Shown: in pieces, positions 25,043 through 37,550 of the stretch
How the letters are laid out: every line of letters begins with the position of its first letter
Position numbering within the stretch: position 1 is the stretch's first letter
Source: Lama guanicoe
Taxonomy: Eukaryota
Direction: 5' to 3'
Assembly: GCA_013239625.1 (NCBI GenBank)
Contig: MU054323.1
Location: 4,256,214-4,320,213, forward strand
Length of the DNA: 64,000 nt
Translations under genes and position numbers: made by a program
The notes under the pieces: generated by a model
The model's input: only the letters and a program-made list of their open reading frames with translations
Databases searched by the model: none
Told to the model about the DNA's origin: nothing

Positions 25043-26114
25043 CCGTCATCACCTGGGGAAGCAGGGATTTTATATGATTTTATCCTTCATAAAAATTCCA
25101 CAAAATTAAAATCTATTGAAAAAAAAAAGGAGTCTTTAAGGATTCTGGTCGAGAGGTTGGTTACTGGTTCCCTGGCCTTGTTTGAAGGGTAGCCTGTGTG
25201 TGTGACTGCTTCTGATCCCTCCCTGGCCCAGCTCCAGGTGCCCTGATGCCACCCACAGGAGGCCCGGGGGACTTTGCACAGCCTTGGAGTGTGAGAGCAG
25301 GAGCCTGCAGCTGGAGTCCGAAGCCCACGTCCCCGCTCCCCCGGGCTGTCCGGGAGCACATTTCTCTTTCCCACCTGCTCTGTGAGCTGTGCTTGCTGCA
25401 GTGGCCTCCCTGGGGCAGGTGCTGTCTCATCTGGCAGGCCATAATTTGGGTCATTATGCTCCCTCACGGGCAGTAATGACATTTTTTCTTTTCTAGACAT
25501 GACTGCTGTGGAGGGAGAGTCGATTGCTCCTTCTCCTTGGCTCCTGGCTCCACCCAGGCAGTGATGGGGATGGCAGACGCTGGCTTCCAAGGGCCCCTTT
25601 CTTAGTCACAGTTCTTGTTTGGTGGCGCTAGTCTTGGCAGTGATGCTCTGAACGGTGGAAGAGAAATCTGAAAGGTCACACCCCTGCGACTGGGGAGTAG
25701 TGTGGGGACTGGCAAGGGCCAGTTGTCCCCAAGTCCAACAAGTCCCAAGTGCCCCTGCTCCACAGTCGTTCTGTGTTTCACCTACAGAGATACATTTGTG
25801 TTAACAAGTTTGGGGGAAGTTTAAGCTCAGAAAAGCTCCTACCTTAGTGAGATTTATTAGAATCACCTGGTTAGGTCTATCCCCTTCAAGAAATATATTT
25901 GGGTGAAGACTGGAGAGGGGTAATGGCCAGCCCCCCATGGAAGAGTTGGCCTGGGCAGGGCTGCAGGGAACATGGAAGCTGCTGGAAGGCAGAGCAGATC
26001 CTGTTTGTGGGAAAGGGTCAAGGAAAGGGAGGTACAAGGGTGACAGATACAGGTAATTGTGGTGTTACCTTAGAATGCTGTCTAAATTGTCAGCTTTACC
26101 CAGAGCAGCACTTA

Positions 26115-26310
26115 GAGAGATGCTGTGGTATGATGGATTAAACATGCTGACCTCGGGTCTGATAGAATGGGATCCAGTCGTGTTCTGCCAATTACTCCCG
26201 TAGGAATGCTGGCAAGATGTCATCCCACTCGAAGCGGTTTCCTTATTTGTCAAATGAGGGACTTGCTCTCAGCTTCTTAGGGTCCTTCACATAGTGCTTT
26301 ATGACTCTAA
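26115..26310 (+). mobile_element. MIR3/MIRc SINE
   Basis: gtggtatgatggattaaacatgctgacctcgggtc...ggtttccttatttgtcaaatgaggg...atgactcta. Confidence 0.7.
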
Positions 26311-29049
26311 GAAGCAGCCATATTTCTGTAAAACTGGGGGCTGGGCTGAGTGGTAGACGCTTCTTGTCTTCTGGGCCCAGGAACCCTGAGCTGCAGGTGA
26401 CTTGCTTCCAGCCCCTTGCCCAAGGGTTATGACTCAGTTAAATTAACGTTTGTTAAGTGGAGCACAAGGTACTGGATGGTGAGCAACAGTTCAACAACAG
26501 ACTGAAAGACAACATGGAATAGAGAGGTTGATTCCTCCCGAGTCCTGGAGGAAGTAGCCAGCACACTGAGCGGCCCCACGCGGGGAGATGAAGGCAGAGT
26601 GCGGACGGGCAGAGAAGCAGGGCCTGGGGCACGTGCCCTTATGAGGGTCCGTGGACGGAGTGCTTTGGGATTCCTGAGCTAGGGCTGGATTGATCAATTC
26701 AAACCAAAAAGGTGAGCTTTTGGTGAGTCCCATGGGGTTGCATGAAGCAAACAAGCTGGGCCAAGAGGCAGGGGGACTGTAGATCACAGGGCTATTGGGG
26801 AATGCCCGTAGGGCACGTCCATTTACTTGTGCCTCTGTGGCTGCTCTCTAGGGCGTATGCTTGCATGAGGGGCTCGTGTCAGTTTAAGGCCCCTGCAGCC
26901 TACCTGGCCAAGCAAAACAAATGCCTAGGCAGCAGTTCCACGGAGGAGCTTAGCTCAGCTCTCAACACCACAGCACTGGCTGTGGAGTGAGCCATCTGTA
27001 GGCACTGGGGATTTAGCTGTCTGCAGACTCTGATTTAGGTCACCTGTCTCCCTTTATCCCTCCCTCATAAACCTAGTTTTCAAACTACCAGCAACATATC
27101 TTTCCCCAGTGCTTTAATTAATGAGTTTTTTGTTTGATTTACCTTAATGTTTAGGAGTAACGGATCTTTTTTTTTTTTCTCCCTGTAAGGTAATTTCCCA
27201 GCAAGTGACAAGTGGGAGTAAGAGTGGCTTGAGTTCTTGGTTGAATCCACTTTCCCCCTGAGACTGCCTAACAGGGGGTCATTAGACTCTGGAATATTCC
27301 CAAGTGATCAGCTCTTTTCTTCATAAACATCTAGTGCTTAAAATGAACACTGTCAGCAGAAGCCTGGATGCATTATTCTCTTGAAATATGGCCTCTGAAT
27401 TCTCTGTTTTATTAGCTCAAGTCGCAGGGTATTGTGTGAGAGAGGGGAGAACATAGTGGCCATTGAAATTCATGTTAAATTGACAAATGAACACATCTAA
27501 AGTTGGAGAAATGTTGATGACTCTGGGGGTACTTTCTGGGTCATAAGAAGGGAAGTTGATAGCCAGGGGCACTGCCACAACGTTTTGATGGGGTTGAAGT
27601 CATGATTCCTGGGGTTTGTAAGCAGGGGTGTAGACGACTGAGTGTCAGCTCAATGCTGCCCAGGTGGATGCCAGTCACAGGTCAGAGATCGAGAAGAATA
27701 TTCTGTTGATAATAGCGGGAGTCTGAAGAGGCTTGTATTATTTATCTGCCCTCTGCTTCTTCACTATGTCAGCCAGCACTAAGGAATCTCTTTGGCAGGC
27801 ACCTTAGCCTCCACCTCTTGAAAATTCCCTCCCAATTTAGAAACCCCACTGATAATGTTACTGACATTTGGTTTGCTGAACATCTGAAGGGCTGAGAAAC
27901 TCACTTCTTACTTCCAAGAACAGATTATGGCATTCAGTGTAACTAAATAGCTCTAGGCATCAGGAAGCCACATGTTAAGAAGCTCTGAGAGCTGCCTGCC
28001 TGGAACTCCAGCTCATGCCCTTTGGAGACATGTAAGGGTCTCCATAGCTACTCCTCAGAGAACTGAAACCAGCACCCTTGACCCACCCTAGACCCAGGTC
28101 TCCATCACGATCTTGGTTTCAGATCTTCCCGCATCCCGGGGACCCACACCTGAGCAAGCTCCGTCTGTGTACTCATGTTTCCTACAAGTGTGTCATACTT
28201 GTTCCTAAAGTGTGATAATCCAAACCTGCAAGGTCACCCTGAAGGAGCCTTCTGTTCTTGGGAAACATGAAGTAAAGGAGTCTGGACATTGCTGTGGATG
28301 GCTACTGGGGGCTGGCTTATATATGAGAGAATGAGACTAGTGACCCAGGGAAGAGAACAGCTCTGGGCAGCTGATGGTTGCATACTTGCGTGCGTGCATG
28401 CACACATGCATGCACGTACACACACTCCTTGGCACAGAGTCAGTGGGAAGCACTTCCCATCTTGTAGGACACCATCAGCAGCTGTTAATCTGCCCGGCAG
28501 CGGGCTCTTAGCTGGCAGGAAACAGCATTTGGGTTCTACCTGCAGGTGTGCTTCAGTGTGCCATCTCTACTCTTATGTTCCTAGTTTCCCATTACAGACA
28601 TTTGATGTGTTGCCTCCAGCAATTAGTTAATTCCTGGAGGAAAGAACTTTACCTTTTCCAGCTCTCATTTTGTCCTCAGTTCTCACAGTGTGATTTAGGA
28701 CAAATCCTTTGCCCCTATCAAGTGAGGAGATTGGAGAGGGTCAAGTTCCTTCCTACTTTTGCTGGAAAGCTTGTCCTTGCAAGACAGTTAGCCAGCACCT
28801 TGCTGCCAGGGTCCAGCATTGACACAGTTGGTTGGGCTGTCAGACTTGCATGCAGTACTCGGGCCATTGGTGAGAAGCATGCTGATGGGTAAGTTAATCC
28901 CTCCTCACCACTGGTGTAAGCAGTTTACTGTGTGGAGATTTGGGACCCCAGGAGTCTTTGTCTCAAGATGTCATCACTCTGAAATTACATGGAGGGTACA
29001 GAAGGACACACTGAAGATGAGAGCTGCTGGGAGGAGATCTCTAGAGCAG

Positions 29050-29190
29050 GATGGATGATTAATCCACAGTCTAGTCTCAGCCACAACCATCTGTGAGTTT
29101 TGGGCAAGTCATCTGACCTCCAAGCATTAGCTCCTTCATCATGATACAAGGATGGAGCCTAAAGTCTCTTCCTGTTGTAATAATCTGATA
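29050..29190 (+). mobile_element. MIR3 fragment
   Basis: tctagtctcagcc...gtgagttttgggcaagtcatctgacctcc. Confidence 0.6.
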
Positions 29191-29479
29191 ACAAAATTTC
29201 TCCTTAGAGAAGGTTTATACATGTTAGATCTCTTGCTGCCGAGAATTAACCTCCTGGGGCAGGTCTCACTCTCCAGGACGTCTTATATCCAGGCATAGAG
29301 GAGAACGCTGGGAGAGCACTTGCGGTGGTATTGGATTGTGCCCCTGAGAACTAGCCCCTTCACCATGGAAGAACTTAATTCTCCGAGGGATGGGAGTTCT
29401 GCTGTTTGACAGCCCCCAGCTGTTAGCTTTTTCCAGGCATTGCCCTTGGCTGAAAAGAGCCCTCTCCCCCTAGGTTGCT

Positions 29480-30125
29480 GACCCTCCCCGTTTTGGAGGC
29501 AGACTTCATCTACTATTTGCTTCCAAAGTCTGGTAAAACTGGCCAAGGAAGTTCAGAGGGACTATGGAGATTATACCAAATGTAAGATGCATTATACACC
29601 CAGAGGAACCAGGAAAGTAACATACATATGGGAGTGGATTCTGAAGGTGCTGAATCAGGGGGATGGAACATAAAGTTGGATGAGGGAGAACTTCTTGGTA
29701 TAGACACACTCTTCTGTGATACAAGGTTTAACAAATTGGAGAGACCCCCAGGAGATGGTGCTAACATGTTGGCTCTTAGGATAGCTCTTAGAAGCATGGA
29801 GAAAGTGATGACTTAAGTTGGCAAGAATGCCAGAAGTGTTGTGCAGATGGTGGATCAAAAGTCTAGAGCATGCTAGAATACAATGTACCATGTAAAGCTG
29901 GAGAACTCACCAGCTGGTTATATTTAGTGGGAGGACCCAGAGGATGCTCCACTTCTCAAAGCAGTAAGAGATGTACTAGAAAAAAGGGGACCAGTGTCTC
30001 CCAGAACTCAGTGGTAGCTCTCTCTAAAGACGATGGCTGGGAGTTGGAGAATTTAGAGAAGTAGGTTCACTAATAGTAATGTGATAAGATCACCAGATTG
30101 TAGAGTCTAGGTCATGGTGTTCAGA
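29480..30125 (+). pseudogene. ERVL-class (HERV16/ERV3-16A3-like) gag remnant with frameshifts and stops
   Basis: YIWEWILKVLNQG / GWNIKLDEGELLGIDTLFCDTRFN (frameshift in the G run at 29658-62) and WEDPEDAPLLKAVRDVL (from 29928) resemble ERVL Gag EWILRVWDNGGRNIKLDQAEF and EGPEDxPFT. Confidence 0.8.
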
Positions 30126-30876
30126 AGGAACATGGGTAAAACTCTAGTCAGAGTGGCAAATCGGTGCTGTGTCTCCAGTAGGGAAAACACAAGGGTCTGG
30201 GAACCAAGAGGGAGGAGAAGGAAAGGCCCATCTCACCATCAATTCCAGAAAACTATTTGGGGGAATTAGTGCTTCTTGTGCCCACAACTCTGGGCTCTGT
30301 AGATTTAGAGATCCTGATTCCCAAAGGAGACAAGCTTGCACTGGGGGACTGAACAAGTGTTCCATTGAACGTCGAGCTTCAGCTGCTGCCCAGGCATTTT
30401 TTGCTCCCTGTGCCAGGAGACAGCGGCAAGGAGAGGAGTTACTATCATGCCAGGGGCCCTTGAACTTGATGAATCAGGAGGAGGCAGGGCTGCTGTTACA
30501 CAGAGGACAAGGGAAAATGTGTTTTGCATTTGGGTCTACTTTGCCCTCCTTTGCCTAATTTTAATAGTAAATGTATATTTGTGTACAAATACTGTATAGC
30601 AGCCATGTCCTAAGAGAGGCATGATGACCTGAAGCTCATACCCCTTAGGGAGGAGGGTCTGAGTCATGCCACTCAGATAGCAGAGTGCTAGCTGAGGGCA
30701 AAGGGCTTCTAGATTATGTAGCAAGGGAGGGGGACGATTCATAGCACCTGAAGACCAGCGGAAGCAACAAAGGCTCTAATTTGTCCCACTGTCATTCCTT
30801 TTGTAAGTTTACTCCAGGAAAAATAGCCCCCAAGAATCCTGGAGGGAGCTGATCTCAGAACCTACATGAAGGAATC

Positions 30877-31263
30877 TGTAGTAAACGCAGAATTCTGTTG
30901 CTCAGGACTGAGGATTTATTCCCCACAGCTTCCAGCCTTCAGCTGTCAGCCCTCTCCGGGAACCCTCTACTGTGGAGATCCCCCTTCCCTTAGGGGGTGC
31001 CTCCAAGGACTGGTCATTGCAGGGGCATAAAGGCCAACCGTCTCACCCTGACTGGGGCAGTTCTGAAAGATTTGGCTTCAGATTTCCCTGTGGGGCCAGA
31101 TGTGGCTTTTGTTGTGATTGCATTACAGCCAAATTTTCCCTTTCTCCACAGCTGCTTCCTTTCCTTCCCCCACATAACTGGTCCTGAGAGCACTGCCTAA
31201 TATATTTCCTGTATGCCAATCTCTGTCTCAGAGTCTGCTTCCCAGCTAATCTGACCTGCGAGA
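30877..31263 (+). mobile_element. LTR16C-like ERVL LTR
   Basis: tgtagtaaacgcag...ctcaggactgagg...gcataaaggcc...cctgagagcactgcctaatatatttcctgtatgccaatctctgtctcagagtctgcttccc...gacctgcgaga. Confidence 0.85.
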
Positions 31264-31432
31264 ATACTTTTTAAAGTATTGAGCTTGGTATAGGAAATAT
31301 CATTATACTGATGATTATTATGTAGTACATATGTAACAAATACATATTTGATGCAATAAGAATGTTCAGGGCATTTTTTTATGCCCATTGCTACAATCCC
31401 CTTAAAGAATATTCCTTAAGGTGGCAAGCTAT

Positions 31433-33234
31433 TTTTTTTTATTGAAATGTAGCTGATTTCTAATGTTGTGTTAGTTTCTGGTGTACAACATAGTGGCTCA
31501 GTTATATATACATATATTCTTTTTCATTCTAGGTTATTACAAGATACTGAGTGTAGTTCCGTGTGCTGTATAGTAAGACCTTGTTGTGTATTTAGTTGTA
31601 TATCTATTTTATATATAGTGGTTAGTATTGCAAACCCTAAACTCCTAATTTATCCCTCCTCTCTTTTTCCTTTGGTAACCATAAATTGGTTTTCTAAGTT
31701 TATAAGCCTGTTTTGGTTTTGTAATTAAGTTCATTTATGTCTTTTTTTTAGATTCCACATATAAGTGATATCATATGATACTTGTCTTTCTGTCTGACTT
31801 CATCTAGTATGATAATCTCTAGGTCTCTCCACATTGCTGCAGATGGCATTATTTCATTCTTTTTTATGGCTAAGTAGTATTCCATCGTATAATTCTACAA
31901 CAACTTCTTTATTCAATCATCCGTCAATGGACATTTAGGTTGTTCCCATGTCTTGGCTATTGTAATAGTGGTGCTATGAACATTGGGGTGGATGTATCTT
32001 TTTAAATTAGTTTTCTCCAGATAATATGCCCAGGAGTAGGATGGCTGTGATGTATGGTAATTTTATCTGTGGTATTTTAAGGATCTCCGTACTGTCCTCC
32101 ATAGGGGCTATTCCAAATTACATTCCCACCAACACTGTAAGAAGGTTCCCTTTTCTCCACAGCCTCTCCAGCATTTGTCATTTTTGGATTTTTTGAATGA
32201 CGGCCATTCTGACTGGTGTGAGGTGATACCTCATTGTAGTTTTGATTTGCATTTCTCTGATAATTAGTGATATCGAGCATTTTTCATGTGCCGATTGGCC
32301 ATCTGTATGTCTTCATTGGAGAAATGTCTGTTTAGGTTTTAGGTCTTCTGCCCATTTTTGGATTGGGCTGTTTTTTTGTTGTTGTTGTTGTTGAGTTGTA
32401 CGAGCTGTTTATATATCCTGGAAATTAATTCATTGTGAGTTGTATTGTTTGCAAATATCTTCTCCCAGTCTTTTTGTCTTTGTGGACTGTTTTTTGTTTT
32501 GTTTATAGTTTCCTTTTCTATGCAAAAGCTTATGTTTAATTAGGTCCCATTTGCTTATTTTTGCTTTTATTTCTATTGCCTTGGGAGACTGACCTAGGAA
32601 AACATTGCTATGATTTATGTCGAGAATGTTTTGCCTGTGTTCTCTTCTAGGGGTTTAATGGTGTCCTGTCCTTTATCTAAGTCTTTAATCCATTTTGAGT
32701 TGATTTTTGTATATGGTATGAGGGAGTGCTCTAACTTCATTGGTTTATGTGCAGCTGTCCAGTTTTCCCAACACCACTTGCCAAAGAGACCGTCTTTTCT
32801 CCCTTGTATATTCTTGTCTCCTTCGTTGAAGATTAAATGACCACAGGTGTGTGGGTTTATTTCTGGGCTTTCTATTCTGTTTCATTGATCCATGTCTCTT
32901 TTTCTGCCAATATGATGCTGTTTTGATTACGCTAGCTTTGTAGTATTGTCTGAAGTCTGGGATGTTTATTCCTCCAGTTTTGTTCTTTTTCCTCAGGATT
33001 GCATTGGCAGTTCTGGGTCTTTTGTGATTCCATATAAATTTTAGGGTTATTTATTTGTTCTACTTCTGTGAGAAATGTCCTAGGTAATTTGACAGGGATC
33101 ACATTAAATCTGTAGAGTGCTTTGGGTAACATGGCCATTTAAACAATATTAATTCTTCCAATACCAAGAGCATGGGATATCTTTCCATTCTTTAAGTCAT
33201 CTTTGATTTCCTTTATCAATGTTTTTATAGTTCT
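31433..33234 (-). mobile_element. Lineage-specific (camelid-type) LINE-1, 5'-truncated, about 1.8 kb
   Basis: Poly-T, then attgaaatgtagctgatttctaatgttgtgttagtttctggtgtacaacatagt; antisense ORF2 peptides MAMLPKALYRFNVIPVKLP and [13 protein letters not shown]. Confidence 0.92.
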
Positions 33235-33479
33235 TAAGCTCTAATATTAAACAGAATCATATAAATCCTGTCAGGAGGGGGAGAAAAGTGCCTTCCTTAG
33301 AGAAGAGCACCATGATGCTCTGTGTCTTCTAATGAAGTGTTAAGCAGGAGTCAGAGTCACGAGTTTTATCCTGAACATGATGTGAACAACTGAAGGATTT
33401 GAATCAGAGGAGTGCTGTGGTGAGATTTGCATTTTTCAGAGTTCCTTTGAAAGCAGATTGCTGGATGATTGGATGAGGT

Positions 33480-33702
33480 GGGCAGATGACAAAAGTAAAA
33501 CCGTAGTGCTTATCCCCTTCTGACATTATGTGCGCTCTTCTTTTAAATTAAGTGTATTGTTTGTTTCTATCTATACTTGTTACAGTATAAACACCAAGAG
33601 GCAGAGATTCATTTTTCTTCCCCACTACTGTTCCCAAGTACCTAGGATAATACTGGGCACATGGTAGGTACTTAATATGTATTTGTTGAGTGAATGAATG
33701 AA
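33480..33702 (+). mobile_element. L2 3' end
   Basis: cccaagtacctaggataatactgggcacatggtaggtacttaatatgtatttgttgagtgaatgaatgaa. Confidence 0.85.
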
Positions 33703-33904
33703 AGTTTCCCTTCTTGTAAAAAAGAAGGTGGTGACATAATTCCAGTTTTAGTTTCATAAAAGTCTGGAATTAGCAGATATACTTTGTAAGTTGAATTACA
33801 TCTATTTGGGCTGTTAGGAGAGGCTATGGAAGATCCAAAATGATGTACATGCAAAGAGAACTAATAAACATGACCAGTTATACAAGGGGCACATCCCAAG
33901 AGCA

Positions 33905-34100
33905 ATCTGTGAAGAAAGAACCCTGGGTTGGGAGTCCAGAAGTCTACATTTTTATCCCCACCCTGTGACTTCGTGTGCTAACCTGGCCATGCCACTTCCC
34001 ACTCTAGCTCTCTATGGGATGAGTCTGACTCTTACTTATCTCAGTGTAGCTTGGGGGGTCTGGCCCATGGCACGTGCTCAGCAAATATGTGTTGAATGAT
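33905..34100 (+). mobile_element. MIR fragment
   Basis: gaaagaaccctgggttgggagtccagaag...gtgctcagcaaatatgtgttgaatg. Confidence 0.55.
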
Positions 34101-35456
34101 AGCTGTAATGGCAATTAAGAGTGGACCCCTTATGGCCCACAAAGTTGAGGAGGCATGGCTGAGAGGATGTAAGAAAAAACCCACAGGGTAAACCACCCCC
34201 TTGATCTCTGATGACACAGTATTGTGGCCAAGGATCCCCAGCCCCTCTCCATCTAATCATTTTCTGGATCTGGTGGAAGTTCTTGATATGTAGATTCTTA
34301 TGTAGGCACATAACTGAGGCTTAGCTCAGTGCTCCGTCTGTAAGCCCGAGCCCTCCGGGAGATGCAGAAGGCAGCGCAGGAGTCCTGGTGCTGAGGCAGC
34401 TGCTGAGGTCCAGTGCTCTCACTGCAGGGAGCTGGCCTTTCTGTGGCCCTCCTAGATAGGCCAGCATTCTTCGGTCTCTGTGGTTGATCTCAGATCCCTG
34501 AAACACTCTAGCTTTACTGAGTTTACGAAGCTCTGCTGGGAAACAGACCATTTGCCTCATAGGAGCTATCCCAGCCCTTCAGAGCTTTTCCCTGTTTAAT
34601 TTTCCTCCGTCTGCTTGGTTCTCTGTCCTGGAACAATGCTTTATACGCAGACTTTGCAGTGAAGGCAACTTAAAAAGCCCACAGAGAGGGAGATGCTAAA
34701 TGTTTCAGAAAAAAAAGAAATCAAGCCAGCTAGAATCAGAAGACTTTTCCAAGTGGGTAGTGATGAAAAGGGAAATGAACTTTTCCATTTTTTTTTTTAT
34801 GTGTCCCACGGCTGTGCTTGACTCCCCACACAACCTGCTGGGAAAGCCTTGGGTAGTCTTCAGGTAGCCAGGAGTGAGGAAGCACCACCTCTGCTTTCTT
34901 TAATTGGCCATAGTGGCCTAGAGCAGCAACACTGTGTGTGTAGGGAGTGAGCTTTAGGATTAGGGAGGGTAAGAGTTCAGGTTATACCATGAACCTGTGG
35001 TCTTGCATTTATTAACATTTTTAAGCACCTACCATGTGCCAGTTTCTGGACACCAAGGATATAAAGTGGATTCATATAGTCTCTACCCTGAAGGAACTTG
35101 GAACACTATGTACCAAAGCTGTGCTGTCATGAACCCCAAGGTGGTGCTGGGGGAGCTCCAACTCTGTGTGTGTGTCTCTCAGCCTTAGTCAAACTTGACA
35201 GATGTGGTGGGCTTGGTACTCCAGAAATCTATTGGGAGAATAAGGAACTTCATGGAAGAACTCATTCTGGGAGAAGGGCTGAGTGAGGAAATGGCACAGT
35301 GAGGTTGCCCTACTATGAAAATCTTAGTCATGGTAGGAAGGATAATTCTGAGTATAGTCTGGCATCTGTCACTAAAGGATGAGTGGAGGACAGAAGTATA
35401 AACAGACGAGATAAATCATCGTGTTGCAAGCAGCACAGCCAGACTGTCCCTAAATA

Positions 35457-35615
35457 ACAGAGTCCTCAAGCCACTCCTACTAGGTCTTAAGAGCTGACTG
35501 CCCATATCTTGAAATTGCCCATGGCAGGAATATTTACACCATGGACATTGACAAGAAAATAAGGTTATTTTGTCCCGTGGAAAGATGGTTAGTGAATATT
35601 TACCAGCACACCACT
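35457..35615 (+). mobile_element. MER63A (hAT-Blackjack) MITE
   Basis: cttgaaattgcccatggcaggaatatttacaccatggacattg...aatatttaccagcacaccact. Confidence 0.8.
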
Positions 35616-35689
35616 AACAGAAGTAACCAACAGAGTGAGAGATCATGTCTCCCAGGCAGTCTCAGACCACAGGATAGCTGGGCACAGTA

Positions 35690-36083
35690 AAGTTCCAATA
35701 TGTGAATTTTCAAAGTATGTAGCACGAAACCCTACCCGTGCATGCTTTATGTGCCTCTTTTAGTTTATAATCCATACAAGCATATTAAAGGCTCTGAGGG
35801 ATTTTCATAAAGAAACATGTTTAATTTTGTTTAATTTAGAGCAGTGCTTCTCAGACTTTAGTGTGTGTGTGATTCACCTGGGGATTTTGTTAAAATTTGG
35901 GTCTGGGTTGGGGCTGAGTTTATGCATTTTTAAGAAGCTATCAAGTAATGCTGCTACTGCTGGTCTAAGAGGCCCACACAGTGAAAAACAACAATTTAGA
36001 TTCCCTCGATTTATTTCATTAGGGAATCCAGCAGTTAAAAAAAAAAAAATCTGTGGCGCACATTTGGCGTTCTGAAGAACACT
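35690..36083. mobile_element. Charlie4-like hAT element interrupted by MER5B
   Basis: gcatattaaaggctctgaggggattttcataaagaaacatgtttaattttgtttaa, resuming as ttccctcgatttatttcattagggaatcc. Confidence 0.55.
35842..35993 (+). mobile_element. MER5B MITE with 8-bp TSD
   Basis: cagtgcttctcagactttagtgtg...tcacctggggattttgttaaaat...atgctgctactgctggtc...ccacac; flanks atttagag and atttagat. Confidence 0.8.
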
Positions 36084-37382
36084 GCTCTTGGGAGTCTACT
36101 CTGGGAACATTGTTCAAATCCATCAACAGAGGTACGTGGGACAGGAGGGGAGTGAACAAGTGCTGGTGGAGATTGCAGTGTCTCCAGAGCAGGACAGAGG
36201 CTGTAGGGTCCGCAGGAGCAACATGTGACCCTGGGGGACCACAGCTCTCAGGGGAAATGCCCTGGAGCTTGATGGAAACAATGGAAATGCTGTCCAAGGT
36301 AAAGGTGGAGATGAAATTCCCTCTAGGGTAGACTTACCCAAGAGCATATATGAGGCGCTGTGAGATACTGCGTGAGGAACATCTGGAAAGTCTTGGTGGG
36401 AATACTTGGCAGGAGGCCGGATTTTTACATCATGTAGGTGGTGGTGTGAGGAAACAAAATATTAGACATTGCTGTGAATATCACTAGTTTGTACCCATAG
36501 GCTGGTAAAGACTGGCCAAAATGAATAACATCTCCCAGAAGGAATTCGGGACAGTTTCTTAGAACAGGTGACAAGTTCTGTCTTGAAAGATGAATAGAGA
36601 TCCATTAAGCAAAGGTGGGGTGTGGACTTGGGTAGCTGGAGGCCAGGAAGGGGTGGTATTTGTGATATGGGGGGCACATTTCAGTCTAAAGAATCAGAGA
36701 AGGCAGGGCTGCAGAGTGCTGGTCCTGCTGGAGGGGGGCTGTGGCTTTTGCACAAGCTCTCTCTTCTGCCTGGTGCTTTCCTAACAGAGAAGACGAGGCA
36801 GATGGAGTCTGGGGTGCAGAGGGTGCTTCATATTTTTCTCAAGGCCAGGCATCTGGCCCAGGAGGGGAAGCTGGGGGGAGGGATGCGTTGTGGGGAGGGA
36901 GTAGGAGAAAAGATAGATTGCTAAGGAGATAAACTTCAAAAGAAATCACCTGAAGAGTCAGAGCACCAAATCTTATTTAATGATGTGACTTCTTAGTTTG
37001 GCCTTATTGCTGTAGACAAAATTATATTTCAAAGGGAGACTCACTAATATAATAAAAATGGAGATATTAGAAAGGCTTCTGTTGGTTTCACATGGAATAT
37101 TTTATACTTCCCACCTAAGAAATTGGAAGCAGTAGCAGAGGGCAGCTCATCAGCCCAGCCTGGGACAGACAGGAGAAAGGACACCCCGGGAGGTGGTTGG
37201 CGCCACCGCAGTGCTGCACACTGCTTCCGAATCTCAGCACAGCCCCTCTGGGGAGGTGCCTGCTCCTCTGCCCTGGAGGCTCGGATCCCACCCGAATTAC
37301 GTTTCGGTTTATGTAGGTATGTGCTTATCTCTCCTGCCAACTGCTGAGCTCGCCAACGAAAGGAGTCATGTTTTATAAAATA

Positions 37383-37550
37383 AATAATAAAGCTAATATT
37401 TATGAGCATCTGTTGAGAGAAATGCGATTTCAAAAATGTTATTTCCTTCACCTTTCATGTCAGCCTCACAAGGTAAGTATGACTATCCCAGATTCACAGG
37501 AAAGGAAATCAAGTTGCAGGAAAGAAAGACTTGTGAAGGTCCTGCAGGGA
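37383..37550 (-). mobile_element. MIR SINE
   Basis: aataataaagctaatatttatgagcatct...cagattcacaggaaaggaaatcaag. Confidence 0.65.

Noticed and set aside
25087..25590. 167-aa minus-strand ORF, and a strong plus-strand acceptor ttttttcttttctag at about 25496
   Set aside because: GC-rich chance ORF. After the acceptor all three frames stop within about 110 nt and no good donor follows
26336..26400. tRNA/SINE-head-like gggggctgggctgagtggtagacgc
   Set aside because: A-box-like only; no convincing B-box, cloverleaf or tail
27165..27196. Poly-T tract followed by AAG|GTAATT, like a recursive splice site
   Set aside because: AAG acceptor and a weak donor; host transcript unknown
31424..33245. Possible TSD aagctat/aagctct around the 1.8-kb L1
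   Set aside because: Only 7 bp with one mismatch; not distinguishable from chance
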